Assembly: GCA_963555755.3 (NCBI GenBank) | Contig: OY820905.2 | Span: forward strand, 160,001 to 224,000 | Direction of reading: 5' to 3' | DNA: 64,000 nucleotides | From: Nitrospirales bacterium | GTDB lineage: Bacteria; Nitrospirota; Nitrospiria; Nitrospirales; UBA8639 | Part shown: piece after piece, positions 9,706 to 19,773 of the stretch | How the letters are laid out: each line of letters opens with the position of its first letter | Position numbering within the stretch: position 1 is the first letter of the stretch | Program-made: the position numbers and the translations under genes | The notes under the pieces: model-generated | What the model was told of the DNA's origin: nothing | What the model saw: only the letters and a program-made list of their open reading frames with translations | The model's database searches: none

Positions 9706-10260
9706 CTAGCGAATGTGAAAGGGGGGGGTAAACACTTCCTGTAAATTGATGATGCTTTTCCCGGGTCGCAGTTTAATGGGGTTGGTGAAATTGACTTTTT
9801 CACATGATCCCGAGGCGTTGTGTCGGGATTGAGGATAAAAGATCAGGGAGAGGTCATCGTCGTCTACCACATACACTGTTTGGCCTGGTGACCCAATGAG
9901 CGCGGTGGGCAGCATTCCCTCCCCTTCTTGAATCTGTGAGTATTGGAAATGCGGTTCACCCGCACATTTCTGTGACAAGTAATACGCCTCGACTCCTTCA
10001 GGACCTTTGAGACGGTTTTTCGTCACTCTCAGGGCCACGAGATGTCCCTCGATGGTAAAGGCAACCCATAAGGGACTGGCCTTGTCATTGAACATTCCCA
10101 AGACATTTCCCACCTTCGTATCGTTGGAATCGAAAACCGATAACTGGGTTCTCGGGAATAAGGTTTGGGCGTGACTCAGGCTTCCTGAACTCAGAATGAG
10201 GCAGGATCCCACGAACACACTTTTCAACCAAAAAGACATATTTCGTTGCATAGAAGGCAC
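9706..10260 (-). CDS. Exported hypothetical protein
   Basis: Signal peptide ending SHA; fills the gap convergent with the previous gene; start uncertain. Confidence 0.7.
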   Translation of the reverse strand: MPSMQRNMSFWLKSVFVGSCLILSSGSLSHAQTLFPRTQLSVFDSNDTKVGNVLGMFNDKASPLWVAFTIEGHLVALRVTKNRLKGPEGVEAYYLSQKCAGEPHFQYSQIQEGEGMLPTALIGSPGQTVYVVDDDDLSLIFYPQSRHNASGSCEKVNFTNPIKLRPGKSIINLQEVFTPPFHIR

Positions 10261-10529
10261 CTGTCTTTTTACTCCACATATTATAAAGGCTCAATTCAGC
10301 AGTCAGCAAGCCTATCCCCTTTATTATCTCGGCAATCGTGGGCAGACTTGAGACCAACATTCGATGAGGCTGGCGATCTTTTGGAAACAAGGTTTTGGCA
10401 ACGGAACATTTCAATGGATATAGGGGGGTGTTGTTGATCGTTGATTGAGTTGGGCGTGAAGTTGACACCCTGTGAAGGGGACGGTAGGATGCCGGTCTAG
10501 GATTTTTTCTCCAATCGTTATTAAAGAAG

Positions 10530-10892
10530 ATGAAGGAGGATGCTGTGTCGGATTTTGTTGCGCAAGCTGATGATGGAAACTGGGAGAGTGAAGTCCTCAA
10601 ATCTTCTGACCTGGTGATGGTTGATTTTTGGGCAGTCTGGTGTGGTCCGTGCCAGATGGTTGCTCCCGTTGTGGAGGAGCTTGCGAAGGAATATGAGGGC
10701 AAGTTGAAAGTCATGAAACTCAATACGGATGAAGCCCCAGAAGTGGCGGGCCGATATCAGATTATGAGTATTCCAAGTATTCTCTTCTTTAAGAATGGCG
10801 AGCAAGTTGAAAAAATGGTTGGGGCCAGATCCAAACCGCAGTTTAAACAAATCATTGATTCCCTTCTCTCGCAACACTCGACTACGGTATAG
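10530..10892 (+). CDS. trxA: Thioredoxin
   Basis: DFWAVWCGPC active site. Confidence 0.95.
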   Translation: MKEDAVSDFVAQADDGNWESEVLKSSDLVMVDFWAVWCGPCQMVAPVVEELAKEYEGKLKVMKLNTDEAPEVAGRYQIMSIPSILFFKNGEQVEKMVGARSKPQFKQIIDSLLSQHSTTV

Positions 10893-10920
10893 CGTGTTGT
10901 TCCTACTGATGTGATGTGCC

Positions 10921-12600
10921 ATGCTCCTTGAGCTGCGCATTTCCAATTTTGCCCTGTTTGATCAATCCCACCTCGAATTTGTCCCAGGCTTCATTGTGCT
11001 CACCGGAGAGACGGGTGCCGGAAAATCTCTTCTGGTAGATGCATTGGCGTTGCTGCTTGGAGGCCGGGCCGTCGGAGATCAGATTCGAACTGGGGCTGAA
11101 GAATCCAGTCTCGAAGCGATTTTCTCAGTGTCGTCCATTCAGGCAGTGCAGGATTGGTTACAAGATTCCGATCTTGCGACTCACGACTCTGAGGAACTGC
11201 TGATCCGGCGAGTGCTTTCCCGGTCCGGGCGCAATCGGGCCTATGTCAATGGAACTGCCACCCCTCTGCATCAACTCCAGGAGCTTGGCCGACTGCTACT
11301 TGATATTCATGGTCAGCATGATCAACAGTCGTTGCTCTCTTCGCGTGTACAGTTGGAGTTGGTCGATGCCTTTGGTGGGTTGGCTCCTCTCAGAACTGAG
11401 TTTGAATCGAATTTTGAGCGCTGGCACACACAGCAACGAGAATGGGATCGACTTCGTGAACAGTCAAAGGATCGGATTATCCGCGAAGAGTTTCTTCAAC
11501 ATGAATATGATGAATTGACCAACGCTCAACTCGAAACGGGCGAAGAGGAGTCCTTGCTGCTCGAGTATCGGCGTCTTCAAAATAGTGGAAAGTTGTCTGA
11601 GCTTTCGAATCAGGCATATGATCTCCTGTATGAACAAGAATCGTCGATTCTTTCCCACCTGCAAAGTCTCAATCGTGTAGTCCAAGATCTGGGAACCATT
11701 GATCCTGCCACAAAGGCGTGGAGCGACATGGTCGAGGGAGCCAGTGCTCAATTGGAAGAACTCTCTCATGCCTGCCGCGATTATCGTGATGGACTGGATC
11801 ACGACCCTGATCGGCTGGGGCAGATTGATGAACGATTGGCTTTTCTCCAACGTCTCAGGAAAAAATATCACGACAGTCTGGATGGGTTGATTGCGAGACG
11901 GGATACGATCCAACACGAATTATCGGAGTTGTCTGACTTGGATCATCGGCTCCAGGTCTTAGAGGACGCTGTCACGCGTGCCTACCAGGAGGCCCACAAT
12001 AAGGCCCAAGCCTTGTCCCAATCTCGCCAAAAGATTGCGCAACATCTCCAGCAGCGAGTGATGGCAGAATTGGCTGACTTGAAAATGGAGCAGACCAGGT
12101 TTCAGGTACAGTTTGGGGAACTGTCTGGGGAAAAGGCTATGGGCTCAACCGGGATGGATCGCGTGGAGTATCTATTTTGTGCGAACCCGGGAGAATCCCT
12201 CCAACCTCTTGGTCGTGTCGCGTCGGGAGGAGAACTTTCGCGGTTGATGTTAGCGATTAAAACCGTGTTGGCGGATGTCGATCAGATTCCGGTTTTGGTG
12301 TTCGATGAAATTGATACCGGTGTAGGTGGAGAAGTGGCTGCGGTGATGGGCCAGCGTCTTCGAGCCCTTGGCCAATCCCACCAGGTGTTTTGCTTGACCC
12401 ATCTTCCGCAAATTGCGTCACAAGGTACACAACACTTTGTTGTGGAAAAGGTCATGGATCAGAACCGAACGACGACCAAGATCGCGCATCTGGGAAAATC
12501 TGAGCGAAAGAATGAAATCGCTCGTATGCTGGGTGGGGAACAACCCACCTCGACTGTTCGAAAAGTTGCAGCAGAGATGCTGGATATCCCCAACAATTAG
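10921..12600 (+). CDS. recN: DNA repair protein RecN
   Basis: GETGAGKS Walker A, ASGGELSR signature, FDEIDTG, 559 aa. Confidence 0.96.
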   Translation: MLLELRISNFALFDQSHLEFVPGFIVLTGETGAGKSLLVDALALLLGGRAVGDQIRTGAEESSLEAIFSVSSIQAVQDWLQDSDLATHDSEELLIRRVLSRSGRNRAYVNGTATPLHQLQELGRLLLDIHGQHDQQSLLSSRVQLELVDAFGGLAPLRTEFESNFERWHTQQREWDRLREQSKDRIIREEFLQHEYDELTNAQLETGEEESLLLEYRRLQNSGKLSELSNQAYDLLYEQESSILSHLQSLNRVVQDLGTIDPATKAWSDMVEGASAQLEELSHACRDYRDGLDHDPDRLGQIDERLAFLQRLRKKYHDSLDGLIARRDTIQHELSELSDLDHRLQVLEDAVTRAYQEAHNKAQALSQSRQKIAQHLQQRVMAELADLKMEQTRFQVQFGELSGEKAMGSTGMDRVEYLFCANPGESLQPLGRVASGGELSRLMLAIKTVLADVDQIPVLVFDEIDTGVGGEVAAVMGQRLRALGQSHQVFCLTHLPQIASQGTQHFVVEKVMDQNRTTTKIAHLGKSERKNEIARMLGGEQPTSTVRKVAAEMLDIPNN

Positions 12601-12650
12601 CCTTGCAACATGTTGGAATTAATACATTCTCCGATCATTGTCTGACATGT

Positions 12651-13328
12651 TTATACTTTCCAAAAGAACACTGCGGCCATCCGTTTAGAGGCTATCTCGT
12701 GTCCCCAGCCAAAGTATGAACTCGCCGAATGAATCAAATCTGACTTATACGCCAGCAATCGATTGAAGACATACGACACTTCCAACATTTCCTCGAACAT
12801 CGTTGGGTCCATCTGTGAGGGGAGCCCGGGAACTTGGCTCAAGCTTTCATATTGACGTGGGCAGGCATTGCCTCCAGGCTCTTCGCCCGGGAGGTGCAGG
12901 CGATAAAATGAGGTGCCGCAATGTGGGGTTGGCGGGCTCGGATGCAAATACAGGACAGCCGCATAATCGCAGATGCTTGCGGAATCGACATGGGGACGAG
13001 CAACGCCTTCCGCACCACCACAGATTTGAATGTGATTATGTCCTGAGATACCCATGTCGGAATCACTTTGGGGTTTCAGGGATTCAATGCCTAGTCCTTT
13101 TTTCACGCAGGCTTCAATGTGGCTCAATTCGTCATCTGTTAAGGCGTGAGGTGCTCGCATCCCTGGCCAGGGTTCGGGTCTCCAGGGGGAACCTAAGGTC
13201 CAGGTGCTGTTGGCGATGCAGCGTTGTGCGACCTCCAGGGCGTTGGGCAAGACATTGTCTTCCACCCAATAATCTTTCCCGAGTTGTGGCTCACGAAAGG
13301 TCAGGTCCACTGCCATCATGTCCTCCAT
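12651..13328 (-). CDS. 2OG-Fe(II) oxygenase-like protein (DUF6445-like)
   Basis: PHVD...AAVLYL...GTSFY...FNRLLAY..DLIHS...R pattern. Confidence 0.75.
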   Translation of the reverse strand: MEDMMAVDLTFREPQLGKDYWVEDNVLPNALEVAQRCIANSTWTLGSPWRPEPWPGMRAPHALTDDELSHIEACVKKGLGIESLKPQSDSDMGISGHNHIQICGGAEGVARPHVDSASICDYAAVLYLHPSPPTPHCGTSFYRLHLPGEEPGGNACPRQYESLSQVPGLPSQMDPTMFEEMLEVSYVFNRLLAYKSDLIHSASSYFGWGHEIASKRMAAVFFWKV

Positions 13329-13538
13329 TGCTGGCCGAGCTGTGGGAAAAAGATTTGCCTGTTTAGTCGTGACTTGTCAGAATGGCAGGATAATCAGGGG
13401 CTTCTCATTGGGTCAAGGATTGGCCTAATCGTGGTGTGAATTGGGACTCTTGATGTTCTCGTGTCGCACAGGGTAGATCAGCGAGCAAACCCGACATAGA
13501 CGATTTACCGCTTAAGCCAAAGGGCAAGAAGGGGGATC

Positions 13539-14279
13539 ATGCAAGAAGGGGTTCTGGACAGCGTTTCACAGGAATTGAACAATGCCATTGCTCGGTATCC
13601 CGATGAATCGATAGTCAAGACCTACCTTGACCAAGGTGAGTTTTTTTCAATTGATCAGTTCTTGCCGCAAGAGGTCATCGACCAATTCATGATCGAAGTC
13701 GAAACTGTCCGCCCCCGGCTAAACCGCAACTACGTCCCGACTCATAAAAAGGGGGGCAGTGTCAGTCATTATCTGCTACGCCAATCAGCACCATCCATTT
13801 TAGCGTTCTACCGCTCTCCAGCGTTCATCGAGTGGTTAAGCCGAATCTCAGGAGAGCCATTACAAATCTGTCCCGACGATGATCCCCATGCCTGCGCCCT
13901 GTATTTTTATACCGAAGCGGGCGATCATATTGGCTGGCACTACGATACCTCCTATTACAACGGCGCCCGATATACCGTGCTGCTCGGTCTGGTGGATCGA
14001 TCCACTAGTCGGTTAAAATGCCGCCTGCACACCAAAGAACCAGGTCGTGAAGTGCAGGAATTAAGCCTCTCAACCGATCCAGGCCTGTTGATTTTTTTCA
14101 ACGGCGACAAACTCCACCACGCGGTCACACCATCGGGTGAGGGAGAAGAACGCATCGTGCTCACGCTGGAATACGTGACAGACCCCACCATGAGTCCTGC
14201 TAAGCGTTGGTATTCCAATTTAAAAGATGCCTTTGGCTACTTCGGTCTGCCAGCTCTTCTTCGCCAATCAGGAAAATAA
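13539..14279 (+). CDS. 2OG-Fe(II) oxygenase
   Basis: GWHYD...HHAVT...ERIV facial triad and 2OG-binding Arg. Confidence 0.8.
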   Translation: MQEGVLDSVSQELNNAIARYPDESIVKTYLDQGEFFSIDQFLPQEVIDQFMIEVETVRPRLNRNYVPTHKKGGSVSHYLLRQSAPSILAFYRSPAFIEWLSRISGEPLQICPDDDPHACALYFYTEAGDHIGWHYDTSYYNGARYTVLLGLVDRSTSRLKCRLHTKEPGREVQELSLSTDPGLLIFFNGDKLHHAVTPSGEGEERIVLTLEYVTDPTMSPAKRWYSNLKDAFGYFGLPALLRQSGK

Positions 14280-14374
14280 AATTCGACAGCGGTTCCTTGG
14301 TACGGCCAACCGTATTGAAACTATGACTTTCTGGTTCATTCGAATCTGACAATTTTTCTTAAAATTTTTTAACG

Positions 14375-14568
14375 ATGAACTGTCCTCTTTGTGGAAATGA
14401 AGGGAATCTTTGTGAGTCGCATGTTGTTCCCGAGTTCTTATTCAAACCAGCCTACGACACAAGTCATCGTCTAAAATTCTTCAATAGGGGCAGCTCCGGT
14501 TCGCGGATTTTTCAGAAGGGATTTCATTCCAAGTTGCTCTGTCTTTCTTGTGAAAAATTTTGTTGGGG
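14375..14568 (+). pseudogene. Truncated HNH-type endonuclease gene
   Basis: CPLC..ESHVVPE...LLCLSCE zinc/HNH pattern; stops at the intron insertion site with no continuation found after 16541 or 18050. Confidence 0.6.
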
Positions 14569-16541
14569 GTAGAGTAGAGCACTGGTGCTCATCCTGGAGC
14601 TGCTCTCGAACGTTTCGGCGCACGCGCCTACTCCGGGCCAGAGCAGTCAGAAATAACCAGCGCTCCCTCATCAAACCGTGCATGCGGTTTTCTCGCACAC
14701 GGCTTTCCGATGTTCTTCAGGCCAAGGCATGCGCCGAGCGCCAGCCCGGTCCCACAGGAACCTTGTACAGCCCGTAACGCCCGTAAAGATCAGCATGCGG
14801 GAAGCGGCCTAGGCCGCTTCGTCGATCCTTCACCTTATGGCGTTTCATCAAGTGAGTTCGCAGCCGGGCTTCCGCATGGTTTCTGACCTTGTTCATCGCC
14901 AGACTTGAGTTACGATAGTGGAAATAGTTCGCCCACCCTTTCAGGCTGCGATTGACCGTTCCCACGATAGCACTCAAGGGAATGGCAGTCAGTTCCCGTT
15001 GTGTTAGTGCCGTCAGCCTCGCCTTGATTTTCTTCAGCGATGGCTCCGACGGACGAACATTCGGGTACGGTTTCCCAGAACGTCCCCCTCGACTCAGCTG
15101 AATCGTAAAACCCAGGAAGTCGAAGCTCGCTTGGGTGGCGTCCACGATAGTCGTCTTGGTCTCGTTGAGCGTGAGGCCCAATCGTGCCAGTACGGCTCGC
15201 ACCACCTTCAGCGGTTCCACGACATCTTTTCGGCACAGCACGACAAAGTCGTCTGCGTAGCGCACGAGGTGCGCTTGCAGCTTGTCTTTGAGGTGCCGCC
15301 GTTGCCATAGCCGATCCAACTGGTGTAGGTAGCAGTTGGCCAATAGCGGTGAGAGCACCCCGCCTTGCGGCGTGCCTTTGCTGTTGGCATTCCCGCCACC
15401 CACACCCCGCTTCACGCCGTTGTCGTCTTCACCAATGACCGGGGCTTTGAGCCACAGCTTGATGAGGTGCAAGATGCCACCGTCAACAATGCGCTCAGCG
15501 ACCATGGCCAGCAGCTTGGCATGCGGGATACTGTCGAAGTAGTTCGACAGGTCGGCGTCTATGACGTGGGTGTAGCCTGCCCAGAGCGTATGGGCAATGT
15601 CGTTCACCGCATCATGGGCCGATCGCTTGGGCCGGAATCCGTACGAATTCGCACAGAAGTCGGCTTCAAAGATCGGCTCGATGATGAGCTTGACTGCCAT
15701 TTGCGCCACTCGGTCTCGGATCGTCGGGATCCCTAGCGGACGCAGACTGCCGTCCGCTTTGCGTATCATGACGCGCCGCACCGGTTGGGCTCGGTAGGTC
15801 TTGGCTTTCAGATCACGGGCCAATTCCCGCAGAAACGTGTCTACCCCGATTCCACTCTCTATGGCCTTGAAGCTGATCCCATCACTACCGGGGCTGCCTC
15901 GATTGGCTCGGACAAGCCGCCAGGCATGATTGAGGATATCCTCCTGGCTGATCTTGTCGTAGAGTGCGTAAAAGCGATAGGCCGGTTCTTGCTTGGCCTT
16001 GGCATACAGCTTCCTCTGCAGCGTCCTGATCGTCTCCGGGGTGGTTAGCGCCATGGCAATCCCCTGATCCTCCGCTCTTCGGTTGCATGAACAAAGCAGG
16101 GTTCCTTCCCTCGACCGGGGTTGTGTTGTCCCTCGGCCTCAAGCGGTACTATGAACCCCTCCGACTCCCGTTCCGGGCCGCTGTGATTTCGTGGCCTTAT
16201 ACACATTGGTCGGTGTCCTCCCCACCCCCAAAACGGGTCTCCAGCACTGGGCTATACGTCTTCCAGAACATGCCGTCCTTGCTACCCCGGGAGTCGATGG
16301 GTGTCACTTCCGTTATTCCAGCACCCTTCCAGCGGCCTTCCCCTTCTGACCACAGGGTCGGCGTCTCCACTTTGTTTACGAGGCTACTCATAGGTTCACT
16401 TGCGTTACGGCCTGCTCTTTTGCTGTGTGGAAACTTACGACCCCGCGTTACCACGACGCCGCTTCCTCATGCTACCAAGGTGTACGGACAATTCCTTGGA
16501 CGGGACTTTAACCCGCTAGACATACTGCTGTTACTGCGAAC
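14569..16541 (-). mobile_element. Group II intron (1973 nt)
   Basis: 5' end GTTCG, domain V AAGCCGTGTGCGAGAAAACCGCATGCACGGTTT (~14673-14705), 3' end CTACTCTAC; removal restores an exact 20-bp repeat of the neighbouring sequence; EBS1 GGUCAG at 16346-16351. Confidence 0.92.
14717..16054 (-). CDS. ltrA: Group II intron reverse transcriptase/maturase, no En domain
   Basis: RPLGIPTIRDR, GTPQGGVLSPLLAN, RYADDF, thumb/X region GWANYF; 445 aa. Confidence 0.95.
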   Translation of the reverse strand: MALTTPETIRTLQRKLYAKAKQEPAYRFYALYDKISQEDILNHAWRLVRANRGSPGSDGISFKAIESGIGVDTFLRELARDLKAKTYRAQPVRRVMIRKADGSLRPLGIPTIRDRVAQMAVKLIIEPIFEADFCANSYGFRPKRSAHDAVNDIAHTLWAGYTHVIDADLSNYFDSIPHAKLLAMVAERIVDGGILHLIKLWLKAPVIGEDDNGVKRGVGGGNANSKGTPQGGVLSPLLANCYLHQLDRLWQRRHLKDKLQAHLVRYADDFVVLCRKDVVEPLKVVRAVLARLGLTLNETKTTIVDATQASFDFLGFTIQLSRGGRSGKPYPNVRPSEPSLKKIKARLTALTQRELTAIPLSAIVGTVNRSLKGWANYFHYRNSSLAMNKVRNHAEARLRTHLMKRHKVKDRRSGLGRFPHADLYGRYGLYKVPVGPGWRSAHALA

Positions 16542-16571
16542 GGTCAGGTCTTGTGTTGGGGGGTCAGGTCT

Positions 16572-18040
16572 CAATACTGTTCACTTAGATGAAAATCTGT
16601 TATACTTCGCCTCCACACGTAATCTGGGAGGAGGCAACATGGCAAGAAAGAAAGTCGGCTTGGGGGCGGGGGCTCGATTGGCGGATTATTTGAGCACGGG
16701 ATTACTGGCTCGTGCCTTTCCGGTGGCCATCATCAACGAAGAACTTGACGCACATCATTGTAACAGTGAACGTGTCCGCACCTTTCCCGCTTCTGCCGTG
16801 GTGTACTACACCATGGCGTTGAGCTTATACAGCGAGGCCGCGTACGAAGCGGTGTTTGCCGCTGTGGCCCAAGGGCTGGCATGGAAAGACCACAAACCCG
16901 TTGCTCCCGTGACCGTTGTCAAATCAGCCATCAGCAAAGCCCGCTCACGGCTGACGTGGAAGGCGCTGAAAGCCATTGGACAGCGCTGCTTGCGCCCGTT
17001 GGCTCGTCCAGAGCATGCCCACGCCTTTTTTGCAGGCTACCGACTCGTCGCGATAGATGGCTCCAACTTTGAGGTCCCGGATGAGGAAGCCAATGTGCAA
17101 GTCTTTGGGTACCCAGGGAGCCGAACCGGGCAGGCCGGCTACCCCCAAGCCCAGTGCGCCATTTTGACGGAATGTGCCAGTCACGCCATTTTGGATGCCG
17201 AACTAGGGGCCTATAAGCAGGCCGAATGGGAGGTGGCCGCGCCCTTGGTGCGTCGCCTCACGCCCGACATGCTCTGCATGGCCGATCGCGGCTTTGTCGG
17301 GTACGCCCATTGGCAGGCCGGCCTTCAGACCGGAGCGCAACTACTCTGGCGCATGCCGAAGAGCTTGATCCTTCCAGTTGACAAGCTGTTGGACGATGGC
17401 TCGTACCTGAGCCATCTGTATCCCAGTGAACGCGCCAGAAGAAAGCGAATTGATGGGATCGCCATCAGGGTGATTGAGTATGTCTTACCGCAGGGGCCCA
17501 ATAGCGAACCGCTGTACCGTCTCGTCACCACGCTGCTGGATGACCAAGGCGCACCCGCCCAGGACCTGGCTCAACTGTATCACGAGCGCTGGGAGGTGGA
17601 ATTGGTGTTTGATGAGCTGAAGACGCACCTGAGGCAACGTCGTCGCGTCCTGCGCAGTAAAACGCCAGAGTTGGTGCGTCAAGAGTTCTACGGATGGGTG
17701 ATGGCCCACTACGCCGTGCGCTGGTTGATGTATCAAGGGGCCACCCAGGCAGACATCCCTGACCGCACGGTATCTTTTACGGCCACGGTGCAGTTAGTGC
17801 GTCGAACCCTGCCCCAATCTGGGGCCCTTCCCCCCTGAGCGCCAAAAAACATGGTATCGGCTGCTGTTTGAGGCGACGGCGAAACTGTTGTGTGAATCCA
17901 GTCGTGGAAAAATCAAGCCGAGGATGGTGAAACGCCGAAACTCTCCATACGCACCGTACAAACGTCCGAGACCGCCCGTTGCGCAAATTGACTGGACACC
18001 ATCCATCAAACCACCGAAGATATCTAAGTGAACAGTATTG
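16572..18040 (+). mobile_element. IS4-family insertion sequence (1469 bp)
   Basis: Perfect 19-bp TIR CAATACTGTTCACTTAGAT; 10-bp TSD GGTCAGGTCT at 16562-16571 and 18041-18050. Confidence 0.95.
16639..17838 (+). CDS. IS4-family DDE transposase (probable -1 frameshift extension to 18031)
   Basis: GGAGGAGG RBS before ATG 16639; AIDGS, ADRGF, YHERWEVELVFDELK (YREK motif). Confidence 0.93.
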   Translation: MARKKVGLGAGARLADYLSTGLLARAFPVAIINEELDAHHCNSERVRTFPASAVVYYTMALSLYSEAAYEAVFAAVAQGLAWKDHKPVAPVTVVKSAISKARSRLTWKALKAIGQRCLRPLARPEHAHAFFAGYRLVAIDGSNFEVPDEEANVQVFGYPGSRTGQAGYPQAQCAILTECASHAILDAELGAYKQAEWEVAAPLVRRLTPDMLCMADRGFVGYAHWQAGLQTGAQLLWRMPKSLILPVDKLLDDGSYLSHLYPSERARRKRIDGIAIRVIEYVLPQGPNSEPLYRLVTTLLDDQGAPAQDLAQLYHERWEVELVFDELKTHLRQRRRVLRSKTPELVRQEFYGWVMAHYAVRWLMYQGATQADIPDRTVSFTATVQLVRRTLPQSGALPP

Positions 18041-18155
18041 GGTCAGGTCTTGCAATGCAACATCAAAACGACTTTGCGGGGTAGACATGAATATTGAGTT
18101 ATTAATTCAGGTGGAAAAGGAGTCATCCTGAAGCGGTCCCTTTTTTCCGTTGCCA

Positions 18156-18575
18156 TCATGAAGGAAGGTTCTTGGGACCGAACACCACTAGTTGGGGGAA
18201 ATACGTCTGGTATTGCTGCCTATCGCGGGTGAGAAGGGGAAGACCCTCCACGGAGGCATGGGCTCCAATATAAAAATCTGGCAGAGGTGACCGTTTGGCC
18301 CCCTTTCGTTTTCTGTATTGAAGAAACACTTTTCCAGCTAAAAACAAAGCTTCTTTGGGGATGGGTCGCATGGTCAAACCTCCCTCCATCAGGGCGTGTT
18401 CTAAATCTTCAATTCGGGCAAATCCTATAGAGATTTCCGAGTAAATAATGGGGTTAATGTACAAGTCATAAGAGGCCTCATGGGAGGTTAATTGTTTTTC
18501 CGACCACGTTCCCCATTGCGGATCATCGACAAATACATCCAGAAGAATATTGGAATCCACCAATAATCCGTTCAC
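18156..18575 (-). CDS. vapC: VapC/PIN-domain toxin
   Basis: LVDSNILLD, PDFYIGAHA, LLTRD. Confidence 0.9.
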   Translation of the reverse strand: MNGLLVDSNILLDVFVDDPQWGTWSEKQLTSHEASYDLYINPIIYSEISIGFARIEDLEHALMEGGLTMRPIPKEALFLAGKVFLQYRKRKGAKRSPLPDFYIGAHASVEGLPLLTRDRQQYQTYFPQLVVFGPKNLPS

Positions 18576-18796
18576 CGATTCCCCCGCGTTAATCGTAAAA
18601 TCTCATCGGTGGTCATTCGCACTTTTCCTATCCCTCGCAGGTTTCGAAATCGTGTAGTGGCTTTCTCTGTTTCCCCTTTTTTTACAATCACACGCCCCTT
18701 TTCTTCCACAAACTCCACTTCCGAGTGACTGGATAATCCAAGTTTCTTTCGGATATGGAGAGGAATGGTTACCTGTCCCTTGCTTGTTAACCGCAT
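18572..18796 (-). CDS. AbrB/MazE-type antitoxin
   Basis: MRLTSKGQVTIPLHIRKKLG; 4-nt overlap with the toxin. Confidence 0.92.
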   Translation of the reverse strand: MRLTSKGQVTIPLHIRKKLGLSSHSEVEFVEEKGRVIVKKGETEKATTRFRNLRGIGKVRMTTDEILRLTRGNR

Positions 18797-18813
18797 AGCC
18801 CACCTCCTGTTGA

Positions 18814-18847
18814 GTAAAAGTAATACTTAACATTGTAATACTCTTAC
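18814..18847. promoter_or_regulatory. Probable TA autoregulatory operator
   Basis: Inverted repeat GTAAAAGTAATAC / GTAATACTCTTAC just upstream of the antitoxin RBS. Confidence 0.6.
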
Positions 18848-19002
18848 TTCGTGAATTCAAGAATATTGAAGGCGGCAAAAAAACCAGGCACGATGTTTAG
18901 AATCACTTGCCTGTCGTTTAAACTTTTCGGGGCGCATGGAGAAAAATAGGGTTAGATGCGAGATTATCTTGTTTGAAGTGGGCAATGTCATCGAGCCCTT
19001 GC

Positions 19003-19773
19003 TCAAATTTCTTGTGCCTGAATGAGAAGTACTGTGGTGTTGTCTTTCCCCCCGAGGCGGTTGGCTTCGTCAATGAGCGATTGGCATTTTTCTTGGCCCG
19101 TTTGGGCGGGGCTCTTCTGTAAGACCTCGAGAATTTGATCGTCGTTCATCATTTTGTTGAGGCCGTCGCTGGATAGGAGGATTTCATCTGTTGGTTGAAA
19201 TATGTGCTGTGCTATTTCGGGTTCCACTGTTGATTCCACCCCAACCCCTCGGGTGAGCACATGTCCTAATTGATGACTTGACGGCGTCGATCTTGGGAGC
19301 AAACCCACCTGGATGCGTTCTTCGAGTAACGTGTGATCTCTGGTCAACGCGGTAATTTTTTTATCGCGGATGAGATAGGCGCGGCTATCGCCTACGTGGG
19401 CGATGAACGCGCTTTCGTCGTTGGTGTTGGGCATGAAAACCAACACGACCGTTGTGCCCATACCCTTTAATGCTGGCTCAGCTTTGGCGCGTTTGCGGAG
19501 CGTGGCATGGGCATGGACCACGGCGGATTGTATTATGGCCGTGCAATCCACTGCTTCGCTTTGGTCTATAGAGGGGACATGCTCTGCAATGTATTGGTGA
19601 ATGGTTTCGACGGCGAGTTGGCTGGCGACGTCGCCGCCGGCGTGACCGCCCATGCCATCGGCTACGATCCAGAGGCCGATTTCATCATCGATGCGCAACG
19701 TGTCTTGATTAGTTTGGCGGATCCGGCCAATGTCTGTGAGGCCGAAGCCCTTCCACTGTCTTGTTATCGCCAT
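19003..19773 (-). CDS. PP2C-family Ser/Thr phosphatase
   Basis: TDIGRIRQTNQD, VADGMGGH, AHVGDSR, SDGL, GGKDN; ATG at 19773. Confidence 0.93.
   Translation of the reverse strand: MAITRQWKGFGLTDIGRIRQTNQDTLRIDDEIGLWIVADGMGGHAGGDVASQLAVETIHQYIAEHVPSIDQSEAVDCTAIIQSAVVHAHATLRKRAKAEPALKGMGTTVVLVFMPNTNDESAFIAHVGDSRAYLIRDKKITALTRDHTLLEERIQVGLLPRSTPSSHQLGHVLTRGVGVESTVEPEIAQHIFQPTDEILLSSDGLNKMMNDDQILEVLQKSPAQTGQEKCQSLIDEANRLGGKDNTTVLLIQAQEI

Noticed and set aside
14717..16054. RT as a retron, DGR or defence RT
   Set aside because: Domain V/VI, EBS1-IBS1 pairing and maturase motifs identify a group II intron; no TR/VR pair or msr-msd seen
16087..16638. Apparent 583-aa transposase with a long novel N-terminus
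   Set aside because: The extension is the antisense of intron domain I read through the IS4 TIR; the real start is ATG 16639 with a strong RBS
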